A stretch of 64,000 nucleotides of DNA from positions 12,710,001-12,774,000 of the forward strand of contig CM060734.1 in NCBI GenBank assembly GCA_030704615.1. Reading direction: 5' to 3'. A program made the position numbers and the translations under genes. This stretch comes from Takakia lepidozioides (taxonomy: Eukaryota; Plantae; Bryophyta). This document shows positions 35,901 to 49,416 of the stretch, one piece after another; the stretch's first letter is position 1; every line of letters begins with the position of its first letter. The notes beneath the pieces are model-generated. The model saw only the letters and a list, made by a program, of their open reading frames with translations, ran no database searches and had not been told where the DNA came from.

Positions 35901-38900
35901 GTATCCATATTATTTTCTGATGAAAGCAGACAAAGTGAGTGAGAGACATTTACTCCCAAATCTGTCCAGGTGACTAGAGGGTTGTTCACTCCAGGTGGAT
36001 AGTGCATAATCCATATGGCTGGGGGGAATTGTGCTATGTAGCTTAATAGTGGCAAGGTGAGGGAAAACACTGATTGGTTCTCTATTTTTCCAGTGTTTCC
36101 TGTGAAAGTGTGGATTTGGTAGCATTTGCTGAAGTGTAGGAAACTTGCAGTATTCCTGGAGAGATACATGATGCTGACCAAAGCCAGCGTAAATAAGAGC
36201 CTCTTCCCCTTGCATATACTACCCTTTGTGGGGGCGGGGGGGTGGGCTGTATCATTGATACGCTGCAGAATTTGTTGCACATGGGATTAACTTTTATGCC
36301 AAATCCATTGATAGCTGACATGCCCATTGTGGTTCTTCAGGAAAGGTGTTCAAGATTGTTGGGAGAGTGCAGTTTGATATTGCAAAACTCTTAGATGCCT
36401 ATGTAAGTATTTCCGTTCTGTTTTTTCAAATTGTAGCACTTGTTAACTTTGTTCATAATTAAGGTAGACCTCTTTTATTCATCAGCCGCTTTGCTTTCCA
36501 AGAGGAGCCATGTAGCGCGCAATTTGAGGCAAACAGCAGGAATGGAAGCACTGGCCTGGCGGATGATCGGTTTAATCCTTTGGCTGAATATACACTTGGC
36601 TCAAACTTAGATGTGATTTTCTCATGCCTAAATGCTGTTACAATGGAAAATCTGATTGAAATGTCAGGAGTTTATGTACTGCAGGCTGCCCATGTTTCTC
36701 AGACCGTCACAGCGCCCACTGAGAGTCTTATCAGTGAACTTCAGACAGTTGGGGTGAGTGCATGCCAAGTTCCCTAGAGACAATTGAACTCTGTAAATAA
36801 AAGTCCCTTTCCCTGCAGGTACTACACCTTTCGTCGGTGGGCTCTATACTGAGTTCACTAGAATATACACTCTCCACTCATCCGAAGGACCTTTAAAAGG
36901 CAAAGAATCCCATAGAGGGAACCTGGCTAACATCGTCCTTGGATGACCTGTCAATCTTCTTTCACCTGCTTGAATGAATAATATAATGAGAAAGTTATTG
37001 GATACTCTATGCCATTTCCTTAGACAAATATCTGTTAGACCTAATTTAGATTAGGAAGCACTTCATCCCTACAGTTGTGACATTTCATATCTGAACAGAT
37101 GTGACTCTTCCTTATGAAGAGTCATCTTCCTTAGGATAGAACTTAAGAAGAAAACATTATTAAGAAGTTAGTTACTTTGTAATATACAGAAGGATTCTCT
37201 CTCATTCTCTCTCTCATCTGAATGCTCTCATTTCATGGTATCAGAGCCATCCTGTGAAACCAACTAAAGTTGTCTAGTGCGATCCACAGTAGTCGAGGGA
37301 CGCCTCGACTCCTGCGGAACGGGGGACGCCTCGAACCATAGGATCTCACTTATTCATTTTTCTTTTAGGTGCTTGTCAGAAGCACAACAAAACAAAATAT
37401 AATTCGAGTAAGCTGCTTTGAAAAATAAGCACTTTAAGATCCGCATAGGCGGGTTCGTATTAGTTCTTCTGAAGAGGAAGAAGTTCTAAAAACAGCTCTG
37501 TTTATCTCATTGTGAAGTCAACAGATCGTTGGGAAGATGTCAGGCTTAAAGGTCACGGACCTTCCCAAATTCGATGGAACTTATTTCCATGTGTGGGAGC
37601 ATAGGTTCCTAATGTTTCTAAGAGCTGAGAAAATGCAAGGTGTTGTTGATGGCACAGTGCCAAGACCCACCACACCCATCCCAGCTTCAGGAGGAGCAGT
37701 TGTGCATACTCCTGCTACTGGCGCTGGCAGCAAGATAGAATGGGATAACCAAAATAACATTGCGTTATCCTATCTTCTTAATTGCCTGGATAATAGCCAG
37801 ATAAATCATGTTACTGCTTTTACCATCGCTCAAGAAGCATGGACAGCACTTAACGATCTATATGATGCGCAAGACACGGTGACCAAGATGTATCTTAAGG
37901 ATCAGCTTGTCACTCTAAAGTTCAAGGAGGGAGCCAGCCTTACTAAGCATATTCATGCTTTTCGAGCTTTGTTAGATCAACTTAGCTCTGCTGGTTCGGG
38001 GGTACGTAACGAGGAGGCTGTTATATCCTTGATGCGTAGTATGCCACCTTCATATCGTAATTTCTTAACAGCCTTAAGAAGAAATCAGGCTCTTACCCTT
38101 ACACAACTGATCACCTATCTTCTCCAGGAGGAGACCATGATGAAACATGATGATCCTGAACCTGTTGCCACTTTACTGTCCACCCAAAAGCAGGGGTTCA
38201 TACCTCGAGGAGGAGGTCGACCTTCTACCTCATCTGTATCTACCAGTCAGCCCCCTAGCTCTAATGGGAAGCGTTCTTTAAAATGCTTTTACTGCAAGAT
38301 GACCAATCATGTCATTAAGGACTGTCGCAAGCGCATTGCTGCAGAAAAGCAAGCTGCTCAAAATCTGGACAGACCAAAGACTGTTAGACGCTTGCTTGTC
38401 ACAGCTATGTTTCCTACTCCTGCAAGGGATACGAGTTGGTACGTTGATACCGGTGCCACAGACCACATGGCCCATGATAGGAGTCACTTTCATACCTACA
38501 CTTCTTTAGATCCTGCTCAAATTGTCTATTTAGGAGACAACTCGACTCAATCTATTGTTGGCATAGGCGATGTCTACGTTACCCTTCCTCACGGTGAGCC
38601 TATCATTATCTCTAATGTTCTTCATGTCCCTGGCCTTACCAAGAACCTCTATTCCATCAACACCTTGATTCTTCCAATGGTGAGATGGTTTTACGTCGGG
38701 GAATTTGTTCCCTTACAGACTCCCAAGGTCAGCTTATTGCCAAATGTCCCCAAGTAAATGACCTTTACAAACTTGGTGAGTCCTGCCCTCCCCCTCCCAT
38801 TGTTGCCATCCCAGCATCTACTGCCACACCTGCTGAAGTGTGGCATCGACGTCTTGGCCATATTGGCCAAGCTCGGCTTCACCAACTGTTCACTGGCAAC

Positions 38901-41900
38901 ATGGTTCGGGGCATTGCTCCTATGAGTCTGAACAAACTTTCCCCATGTGTGTCTTGTATCCAAGGACAACACAACTGTAAGCCCTTCCCAAAGGATGGTG
39001 CCAGTCGTGCTACTAAGCTTCTAGGTCTGGTTCACTCAGACATCTGTGGACCTCTTACACCTGCAACCCATTCTGGTTTTCGTTTAATTGATGACTACTC
39101 GCGTTACACTACGGTGTATTTATTACGCAAGAAGTCATGCTCTCCACACTTTCAAAGAGTGGAAAACCTATGCTGAAAATCAACTCCACAAAACAATTCA
39201 GGTTCTCCGAACTGACAATGGAGGTGAATACGTTTCGCAAGCCTTTACCGACTTCTGTGCTCAGTATGGGATACATAGGCAGTTGACAGTTCCTCATACC
39301 CCTCAACATAATGGTGTTGCAGAGCGCATGAACCAAACCCTCATGAAGATGGTGCGATCTACCTTATTTCATGCTCATCTCTCCAAGTCATATTGGGGAG
39401 AGGCCATGATTACAGCTAATTACGTCAACAATCGTATCCCAACCGTAGCTTTACCGCCAGACAAAACTCCTTATGATGAGCTATGGCATAGTTCTAAACC
39501 TGACATATCTCATATGAGAGTATTTGGCTGCACTGCTTTTGCTCATGTCCATGAACAGACTCGTACTAAGCTAGATCCTAGGAGTATCGAATGTCGCTTC
39601 TTAGGTTATAGTGAGTCCTCTAAAGCTTATAAGCTGGAGCGTAAGTCTGATCGCAGGGTTATTATTTCTCGTGACGTCCAATTTCTAGAAGATGTTACTT
39701 CATCTCTTGTCAACCCCGTATCTTTCAATGCTGATGGCCTTACAGATGAAGAATTGCAGCAAGAGCTGACTTTCTTTCAACCCTATCCTAATACAATTGT
39801 TCCACCATCCTACCCTGCACCTCCAGTGGGAGCAGTAGCTCCTCCCATCTTGCCTACCCCTCCTGGCACACCGCCTCAGGTTGTTCTAAAGACATATTCT
39901 AGACGGCCTACTACCCAAGGTACTTCTACTACCCAAACTACTGGATCCACCTCTCTTCCCAGCTCTCGTCCTCCATCGGAGCGCAATCATACTTGGACCA
40001 TTACAGCTCTTCCTTCTGGACGCCAAGCTGTAGGCTGCAAATGGGTTTACAAGCTGAAGATGAATCCTGACGGCTCCATTGCACGCTACAAAGCAAGATT
40101 CCTGATGGCCTTGAAGGTGCCGGGGATCTCCAACGAGCTTGCAAGTTACATCACTCTATCTATGGACTCAAACAGTCCTCTCGCATGTGGTATCAACGTA
40201 TTGATACTTTCCTTCTTAAAATAGGTTTTGTTCGCTCTACGGCTGATTCCAATGTCTACATTTATGATAAACACCCTGATTTTGGGATCTTAGCCCTTTA
40301 TGTGGACGACACCATCATTACAAGTAACAGTCTCTCTCTCCTTACTTATTGGGAGGAAACTAATTGTCTGCGGTAGAGCAGTTAATTGGTGGACTAATGA
40401 GATTAAACTCAAGATAGCTGAGAGACGAGCCCTCTATAAAGAGTGCTGCAATTTGGAAACCAACAGAGAATTGTGGGCGAGGTACTACCAGCTCCATAAA
40501 GATATCAATCAGCTTGTTAGGTCTCAGAAGAAATTATACTGGGACAAGTTATACAGTGAAATAAACTCAAACCACCATGGTGGTAATGACAAGAAATTCT
40601 GGTTGGCCCTTCAACGTTTGTACAAACCGAAAAACGGTCAGCAAGTACAAGCGCTGAAGACTACTAAAGGTGCAGTGGTGACTTCATCGGTTGACATTGT
40701 CAAAACCTTTGAAACTCACTACAGTATCCTTGGCAGAACTTCTAGGTCTAACAGTTAGGGGTCTTCTGCAGAATGGAGGGACACAGTTGGAAAAACTGTT
40801 CCTATGATTCAAAACAGCCCTGATGAACTGGAGTATATTTCAATGGCTTATAATGCTCCCATTAGTTCTTCTGAGATTGTGGAAGCAATTGAACATTTAA
40901 ATGGATATAAAGCTGGTGGACCTGATGGTATTGTCAACGAGCTTATCAAGCATGGTGGCGATCCCATGATAGAGGCCCTAGTTCTCCTCTTTAACCTTAT
41001 CTGGAAGACTGAAATGATCCCCTTTCGCTGGTGACAGGGGGTCATTGTCAATCTATACAAGAAGGGTGACAGAGAAGAACCGGGGAACTACCGTGGCATC
41101 ACGCTCCTCAATGCTGTTGGCAAGACATTCTGCAGAGTTATAAGTACTCGTCTCGAGGTTGATCTGGAGTCTAGAGGTTGTTTCCACGAAGGCCAAGCTG
41201 GCTTTCGGCGAAACAGGGGCTGTGTGGATCATATCTTCACTCTAAGCCAGATTATCCAGGGAAGGAAAAAAGAAGGGAAACCCACTTATGTCTTTTTCCT
41301 GGATGTCAAAAAGGCTTATGACACAGTGTGGAGAGATGGCCTATGGTTCCGCCTCTGGTCTTGTGGGATCAAGGGAAAGATGTGGAGAGTTGTCCACAAC
41401 TTGTATGCTCACACCAAAAGCTGTGTCACTGTTAACGGACAGAAGTCCAACTTCTTTGACATAGACCAAGGTGTAGCTCAAGGATGTACTCTCTCCCCTC
41501 TGCTCTTCAATGTTTTCATCAATCAACTCCTCGAGGATGTGGAAAGTGAGGGATTTGGGTTAAGGGTGGGTGATACCACCATATCAGCCCTTATGTTTGC
41601 GGATGACTTCGCAGGCATAGGGGAGACTCTAACCAATCTCCAGGAGTTGATTGATTGCGCGAAGAGATACTTTGATCTTTGGGGGCTAGAGGCTAATGTC
41701 AGCAAATGTGCAGTGGTAGCATTCAACGACAGAGGAGAGGGAGGAAGTGATCTTAAGTGGCAGTGGGGTAGCCAAGAGATCCCGGTCCTCCCTTCCTACA
41801 CTTACCTGGGCGTTGAGTTCTCCTCCAATTGTAATTGGGATGCACATATCCGGAAAGTTGTTCAAACTGGCAAGGGCAAAGCTCTGGGGCTCACTAAATT

Positions 41901-44900
41901 TTTCCACTGCAGAGGGGTCAACTCTGAGGTTAAGAAAACCATGCTTTGTCACGTTATTAGACCTGATCCATTCAAGTGGGGGTGCTTAAGGAGTGTATGT
42001 CAGCATGCTCCAAAACAGCCAATGTGGCTGTTCGGGGTGAGTTTGGCATTCCGTCCTTAAGCTCCCGACGAGATGAATTCAAGGTCAGATGGTGGGGTGA
42101 GCTGCAACATATGCCCAACACCAGATATCCTAAATTAATCGACTCTATATCTTGGAAACAGGACCGCCCTGTCAAACAGGCTAAGTCCTGGCAGAAGAGA
42201 GTAGAAGAGATCCTCAAGGACCTGGACCTGGATCCACAAGTCTTGACCCTGCTGGATAAATCTGACTTAGAGGCTGTAGTGTCCTCAGCCATGTCTGTTG
42301 CCATGAGATTGTCTGATGAAAATGAAGTTAGGCAGAAAACTTCCCTGAACTTGTTTCCAGTCTGTCACATGGGGGAGGACATCTTGGATGACCTCAAGGG
42401 TCTACCCACTCTCGGCACTAGACTGAAATTTAAACTCAGGGCAGGAAGCCTACCTTTGAACAGCAAACAGAAGCAGAGAGGAAAGGGAGAGTGCAATTGC
42501 CCGTTGTGTGGGCAATCTGAAGACAGTATTCATTTTCTGATACACTGTCCGGGGTTCTCTCACCAAAGAGACGCTCTCTTCAAATCTATTAAGGGAATTG
42601 TGCCTGTACCCCTGTTTACCAACTTTGAAAGTCTCGAGGCTGAGCCAAAAGCCCAGGCCCTCCTGAGGCCTAGTTTTTGGGCAAATCACACACAGCAGAT
42701 TGATGCTTGTGTGAAGGGATTTCTAGAGGATATCTGGAAAACCCGGATTAATTCTTTATATGGAGGTAAGTCTTACTACCAACGTCAGCCCCTGACAGAG
42801 GTAGGTTCTGTCCCTTTTGTTCCCGCTCAAACTGGGCGCGGGGTCAATGGCCACAAGGCTACGGCAAACAACGTCTTATGAGTACAATCTCCTTATTTGA
42901 AAGACTGTCTCAAGAAGGAATTTGAGATGACCGACTTAGGGGAAGTCCACCATTGTGTTGGTCATGAAGTTACCCGGGACAGAGTTGCTGGCTGAATACG
43001 ACTCTCTCAGAAGTGGTATCTCCTTCAAAAGCTTAAGGAATTTAATATGCAAGATAGCAAACCACTTCGCACCCTATGGAACTGGGCCTTCATCTCTCTA
43101 CCCATGATTCTCCTACCACTGACGAGGCTAAACAGTTCATGCTTACTGTTCCTTACAAATCTGCTTGTGGCTCATTAATGTGGGCCATGGTTTGCACCAG
43201 GCCCGACCTCTCCTATCCAGTGGGAGTTGTGGCCCAATTTACTGCCGTTAAGCGTATCTTTCGATACGTCAAGGGCACTCTATATCTCTATTCCAATACA
43301 CTCGTGTTCTTCAGCCTCGCCCTCTATATGGGTTTTCTGATGCTGATTGGGGTGGCAATCTCGATTCTAGACATTCCACCTCTATATACACTTTTATTCT
43401 TTCTGCTGGTGTTATTACCTGGGCCAGTCGCAAGCAACGGGCCATTGCCTTGTCTAGCACAGAGGCCGAGTACATGGCCTTGATGAAAGCTAGCACCGAA
43501 GCTATTTGGCTCCGTCATCTACTCCAAGACCTTGGCTTTCTTAATGCCACTGATCCCACTACTATCTTTTGTGATAATCAGAGTGCTATTGCTCTGATTG
43601 ACACTACCAAGTTCCACGACAGGACCAAGCACATCGACATACAATTCCTTTGCATTCGCGACCAAGTTCTCAACAAACATGTCATTTTATCACAATATCT
43701 GGCAGGGCATCCTTCTCCTGGGTGTCCATTGTTGTGTAGTGTATGGCTGTTTTTCATTCCTATCTGATTAGACATTGTGATGTGACATGGCAGTTCTTGC
43801 CAAGATGTTGTGAGGAGCTATGTACATAAGCATGCATTATACCACGTTTCTCTACAAGATGCTTCAGACCTTTCGTTTTTATGAAAGGGTGAAGACAAAA
43901 GGTATTGGCATTTGGCTAAATTGTGTTGGTGGGATTATGTTGGGCAGGAAAGCAAGAAACGCTATGATGAGAAAAGGTGAACATTTTTCCAATAACCTTG
44001 AATCTTTTGTTCCTTGTGATTGTCCCCAAGGCTGGTTTAGCTAGGAATTAAGAAAGGTGATAGAGAGTCTAGTGTGGAATTTATTGCCAACTCAACATTA
44101 GGCATCTAGCAGATGACCTATTAAATAAGTTGACTAGTTTTGGGTAGTTAATTCTGGCCCTCATAGATTGTTGAAAGAAAGGTTTGGAGGTACTTAGGTT
44201 CTCAGTGAGAACACTCTCCATTTGGAGGTTCAAGCTAAGATCAAGATAGCATGTGAGGCTGGGTGCTGGGGCTCAGATTAGGTGTAAATGATGCAGGCAG
44301 GCACTGGATCAGCATAGAATACGTGTGGCAAAAGCGAGACCTAAGAATGGCAAAGGTGATGCACAGGAAGATCCACAGTTGCAAGTGGCAAAAGATGAGT
44401 TTGATGAGGTTGCCATGTTTTTGGGCTGTCGCTTGCTCTCTCTGGAGCAAGGGCGCCCTCGCAGCCTCATCACTCAGGCTGCCCGCCACCATGCTGCCCA
44501 GGTTCTGTTTCTTTCTCTCCCCTCCTGCTTTTTGCTGCTCCGTTCGTCTGCTGGTGGTATCCCAGATCAGTCTTGAGGCAGTAGGAAAACATGTTGAGAT
44601 GAACTTGGTGAGTTAGACATTGCCCGGAGGGAAGCCCTGGTCATTTGCCCTTTTTATGGTCATCTTTTGTTTGGGTTCATCGGGGCTCTGCAAATGCAAT
44701 TTTGGTGGGGAAAGTAGCAGTTTCATCCATGTATCCATTCGGAGTTTTATGGCCTTACCTGCTTCATAGAATATTGCCGTCTTTTAACTTGGAGTTGAAA
44801 ATGTTTCCAATCTTGCCGAGTATTGCGCTTGTTGCGATGAAGATAGGGTCATGTTAGCAGTCTCCTGTAGACAAATGTCACTTTCATGCTGGATTTCCAG

Positions 44901-47900
44901 TACTTAAAAGCTTGTGTACCTGTCAAACTACACCCAGATGGAGATATTTCGGCATACAAGATCTGTGTTGCAAAGATAGAAGCCAAAATCCGGAATCTCT
45001 GTAGCCAACCCAATAAAGTGAGGGGTTTGTCATTTGGTGTCTATGAAATGTGTCATGTTATGAGAGTCTTTCTTACCTTGAAAATGGTGCATCCATACCT
45101 GTTGGACCACACTGAGGTCAAGGGCATTGTTGGATTGGTTGCAGATGCAGCTTTTCAGCAAAGGGCTGACCGCTCTCCATGGGATTGAGCCCTACATGAA
45201 GCAAGTTACCCATGAACGCAACATCGATCGGCAGCTTAGCTCTCTGGACAGAGGGTTGTTTGATGATGCAAATGATGAAATAGCTTCATTTGCCGATGAT
45301 GTGTCATACATTGAGGACAGGGAGGACTTCGGTGGTTCTGCAAACTTTGAACACGTGAGTCTTTCCTATCTTCTCTATGGGTAAGACATCTTAGACCAGA
45401 TCTAAACACATGGTATAACTTTCAATCTCACAATTTCACATACTATTTCACATTCCCTTCCATCTCATGTGGAGGCTTGTTTAATGAGGTTTCCATTTTA
45501 AACAGTGGCCCAAGTTTGGGCTGATATGTAGAAGCATAGAAATTACTTCAGAGATGGTGTCAAGGCAGCTGCTTCATATCTGCCAAGCTCTCCATCTGAC
45601 TCTCTGCTGTCACATCACAGCCTCTGCTGGTCAAGGATGGGCCTGCTTGAATGGGGAGGGCCATTGGCCTTTGTGTCCTTTTCTATTGTTCCCCCTGCTC
45701 TGTAAGCAACTCTTTCAGGGTGTAATATGTCCCATGCAAGGTATATCCAAGTGAATCACCATTGCCAAGCTACCTACATATCTAGGCTGGACAGTTGTGC
45801 AAACAGATGATGTCATCTGCCATAGGTTTGGACATCCCTATATCATTGATATGGAGCAGATCAAACAAAATTCGACTTGTTGGGATTTATCGCCTCTCCT
45901 CATGATATTGCTTGCAAAGACTGCATCCCTGCATTCTCATCCAAGATGGCAGTACGGCTCATGGGGGAGTAGTTGTCTCTTGATGGACCATTTCTGGAAC
46001 TCCATCATCGTATGTATGTGGTGGTTTGTGTCATCGTTTTGTGTGCTGCTGCAATTCTCGAGTGAGTGCACCCAACCGATTTGGAAAGACTTTTGACAGA
46101 GGTGTGTGTTGGCACCACGCTCAATTCTATCATTGTCTCTCCTGAATTGAACAACGGAGGGTGTATGTTGCACAGAAGTTGGAATTTAAAGTTGTTAAAA
46201 CTAACATATGTGGTCCCACTCTTCTTCCTGCTTTGGTAGGAACATTATGTGACGTCTGCTGCTTGGAGCCATTCGCATAGTAGCATGCATGCCTCTGAGC
46301 TAGAACTTGGGTCTCAGGGTCCAGTACCCAGTACCCACTTCTTAATGGAGTGCTGAATTCTGAAGAGCTGCACCAGCATCCTGTGCATAACTGTTGTTGC
46401 AAGAGATGGTGGCCTGAAAACTTATTTATAATAAGTAGAGTTTATTCATGAACTCTGTTTGGTATGGTACAGAATACTTTTTTATAATAAGTAGAGTATA
46501 TTCTCGATGAACTCTCTTTGGTATGGTAGAGAAATAAAAAACTCAATATGATATTCTTAATGTATTCAGTGCATTAAAAAGTCCCTGTTGATGATCTTCT
46601 ACCCCAGACCATCAAGAGTTCCCCTGACAAATGAGTTCACATATTGCTGCATATGTATCTTGCAGGAGGGTGCTGTACCATTGAATCTGTCACAGGAATG
46701 GAGCAGTTTGTTAGAAGTGTCGGGCAGTTTGGACCAGCATGCCCCCTATACCAACGAGCGAGATAGCTCTCCGTTGCATCAGGCGAGAGTTGGAGCCAGC
46801 AACTCCGCACCTCCCTCGCCCATTGCCAGCTTTGAAGGTGGGGACAACATTCAAGAGCTTGATGTGGACCACCTTTCCAATGGAAAGTCAAGTCCCGTTT
46901 CTTTATCCAGAAGAAGATCCCCTCCAGTCTATTTGGACTCTATTGGTGGTCAGAGTTCAGTGACAGGCCCCTACGAAAGGCTAGCCATTGAGTATTATCC
47001 ATCGGCATTGGACCACAGTCAAACCCCTGGTTTAGTTGCCCATCAGCTCCCAGGTAGAGAAAGCTCAATCCCAGCATGTTCACCCGGGGTACGCCGAACA
47101 AAAACCAGATTGGGTGTTCCTTTAACAATGTTCTCTGCATTGGAGCCAGCTAGGTCCCAGCTCATGCCACTGCCACCTTCAAAAGAGGCACCTCCGGTTC
47201 TTAACTTTGTTGCCCCCTCTTTGTCGTCAACCACAAATGGTACCATGACTGGCAATGCCATACCCTCCAAATCTAAGAAAAGGTACAGCCATTCGGGACC
47301 ATTAACCTCCTCCGCTGCTTTACGGGTCAGCCATTCAACTGTACCTAGTAGTGGGCCAATTCATTCGAGTATTCCCAACAGTGGGCCTTTGCCACCTCCT
47401 CCTCCTGATCCACCCAAACCAGGACAGTTGGGGTGGTTACCAATTGGCCGTACTTTTGGTTCTCCAAGAGTCTCTCCGTGTGTCTCCCCCCCTAAGATGT
47501 CACCGCCGCAAATCAGTGAGTTGCACAAGCTTCCTCCTCCTCCCCTTAGTGCTAGTTCTTCGCCGGTACCAGCCTCCACTGCAAGTTTGATTGCCCACTC
47601 AGCACCTTTGTCCAGACCACACTCTGAACCTGTAACAAGCTCTCCCCTGAAAGCTTCTCCCCTTCCTCCCCCTCCTCTTGGCAATTTGAAAGGCAGCCTA
47701 TCTGTGCCTGGTGGACATATCAGGCCACATAAGGAGCAACGATCCAAGGGCCTTCCGATTTCACAAGTTGTGGAGAGTGAGGAGGAGGGTTTCTTGCCAT
47801 CTTATGATATCAAGCAGGTGCCGATGAGTTGTAATACTTCAGGCCTGTCAACTGCAGGCAGGCTTCAAGTGGGCAGATCTGACCTATCATCCCTGGTATG

Positions 47901-49350
47901 CGAGTTGTTTTCTGTTGGTGCAAGGTTGTCATTCTTGCAGTTTTCTCGACTTTTAGCTGTTTTTTGACAGTTGGCCTGGTACTTTCTAGGAAATTGTATT
48001 GTTTTGAGTTGCACTGTTAGTTAGGAACAATGTAGTGACTGTGGGAGGCCTTGGGAGTCCTGAGCAGGAAGTCTGTATGGACATGCCACTTGTCTAACAC
48101 TCCTTAATCCGCTTTTCATCTCAGGAAATAACAAGCCTCTAGTACCTTCACCACCTGCCTGCTGTGTGGTCTGTGGGTGTCTCTGAGATGCCAACATTTT
48201 CTCTAGCTTGCATCTTATGTTGTGGATTTTTTCAGGGTCCTGTCCTGCACAAAAATTCGTTGGGTTCTGGGAGCTCGGCATCAATGGATGTCACAAATGG
48301 TGCACCTGAGAAGAATACATCATCAATTTCTCAGGCTGCTCATGGTGATGTTCGGAGGCTGAACACAATGTTACATACCTCACCCAATTTAGCATCAGCT
48401 TATTCTGTCATGTCACCCATGTGTAAGCTGGCCATGCATTTCATGTTTTCTTACTTGTAGGTAAACTTGAAGTAATGCGTCTTTCTGAATGTGCTGGTAT
48501 TGGGTCCCTACGATGGATTCGACATTGGTACTATTGGAATGTCTCTCATGTCGGCAGCCACTTCCAGTCATTTACTTACAGGGGGTTGCACATGTGGTGG
48601 TTTGAAAGGCAGATAGCTCAGCTGAAATTATTCTCCATGTTATGTTGATTTGTTTAGGTTTTGAACCTTATGACAGGTGATAAGATTTTATTAGCAAATT
48701 TTCAGTAGATGATTTTTGAAGCTAGTGATGAATTCCAGGGAGCAATCAATGGTCATCAAGCGGTTCAATTTGTTGCTGGGATGGACCGGAAGTGTGCATA
48801 TTATTATCCTTGGACTCGGGGCTTTGAGTTGTGATGCCACGAGGATTTTCCCAGCCCAACCAATCAGTGACTACTTAAAGTTGTAATAGCAGACCGCTGG
48901 AAGCATGAGATCGCTTCCATTCATTTTGGAGCAGATCGCAGTGAGGAACAAATCCTATACCTTTGACATCTTAGTTGTATGTTAATCAGTGTCTCTGTCT
49001 TCCTGAGATACAAGGTGATTTGCAACATCTGTTAGTGATCCGGACTCTTGAAGCCCTTTTTGGTAGCTATTTCTAAGTCTGGTTCAATTGTATTTGCAGC
49101 CAATGTGAAGGAGGGAACTCAGTCAGGTAGTGATTTTGAGGTAGGAAGACGGTCCCTAGATGCAAGGCTGCCAGATGATGCCCGGGGTTCAAAATGGAGG
49201 TCTTTATCGTCCAATGATCGTGGTGCGTACTTGCAGTCAATTGCTCGATCAGTGAACCACATGCGGGAAAGCCCTCAACAACATCGACATAATCCAAGTC
49301 CAAGGAGGGTCACCATCAATTGCGGGAATGGCATTCAGCCTGTTCCTTAA
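32970..49350 (+). CDS. At2g33490-like BAR-domain protein with Pro/Ser-rich C-terminus (~810 aa); exons 32970-33092, 34527-34599, 34950-35021, 36341-36402, 36685-36753, 43948-43976, 44297-44501, 45145-45354, 46666-47895, 48236-48344, 49100-49350
   Basis: All exons are AG/GT-bounded with consistent phases and sum to 2433 nt. Family motifs: MKSFKKLR, GKVFKIVGRVQFDIAKLLDAY, TVTAPTESLISEL, YDEKR, RLLSLEQGRPRSLITQAARHHAAQ, KRYSHSGPL, PQISELHKLP, HSAPL. The last two exons are less certain. Confidence 0.88.
35118..36290 (-). mobile_element. Old diverged LINE 3' fragment in intron 3 (related to the tail-less family)
   Basis: 3' motif GGTCTATGGCCAAAAGGCTACAGC..GTTTTATTAGTAC resembles GGTCAATGGCCACAAGGCTACGGC..GTCTTATGAGTAC; degraded body, 5' extent uncertain. 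Confidence 0.5.
37033..43700 (+). mobile_element. Ty1/Copia retrotransposon, 3'-truncated, in intron 5 and interrupted by a LINE
   Basis: 5' LTR TG..CA 37033-37235; PBS-Met TGGTATCAGAGC 37236-37247; gag (CFYC..H..C), protease (VDTGAT), WHRRLGH, integrase (HSDICGP, TDNGGEY), RT YVDD, RNase H (SSTEAEY, DNQSAI, RTKHIDI). Frameshifts and RT deletions; no 3' LTR. Confidence 0.93.
40351..42888 (+). mobile_element. 5'-truncated LINE (RTEX-like) inside the Copia RT
   Basis: KAGGPDGI, GNYRGITLL, QAGFR, FLDVKKAYDTV, GVAQGCTLSPLLF, FADD, YLGV and C-terminal CCHC-like motif. The Copia frame resumes after ATGAGTACAAT; imperfect TSD CTCCTTACTTATT / CTCCTTATT. Confidence 0.93.
46425..46535. repeat. ~55-bp tandem duplication in intron 8
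   Basis: TTATAATAAGTAGAGT..ATGAACTCT(G)TTTGGTATGGTA occurs twice. Confidence 0.8.
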
Positions 49351-49390
49351 GTTGCAAGCTGGGTACCTCTTTCTCTCTCTATATATATAT

Positions 49391-49416
49391 GGCAAACAAC
49401 GTCTTATGAGTACAAT
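49391..49416 (+). mobile_element. 26-bp ultra-truncated LINE 3' end in the 3' UTR
   Basis: GGCAAACAACGTCTTATGAGTACAAT is identical to 42863-42888 and is flanked by CTATATATATA on both sides. Confidence 0.85.
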
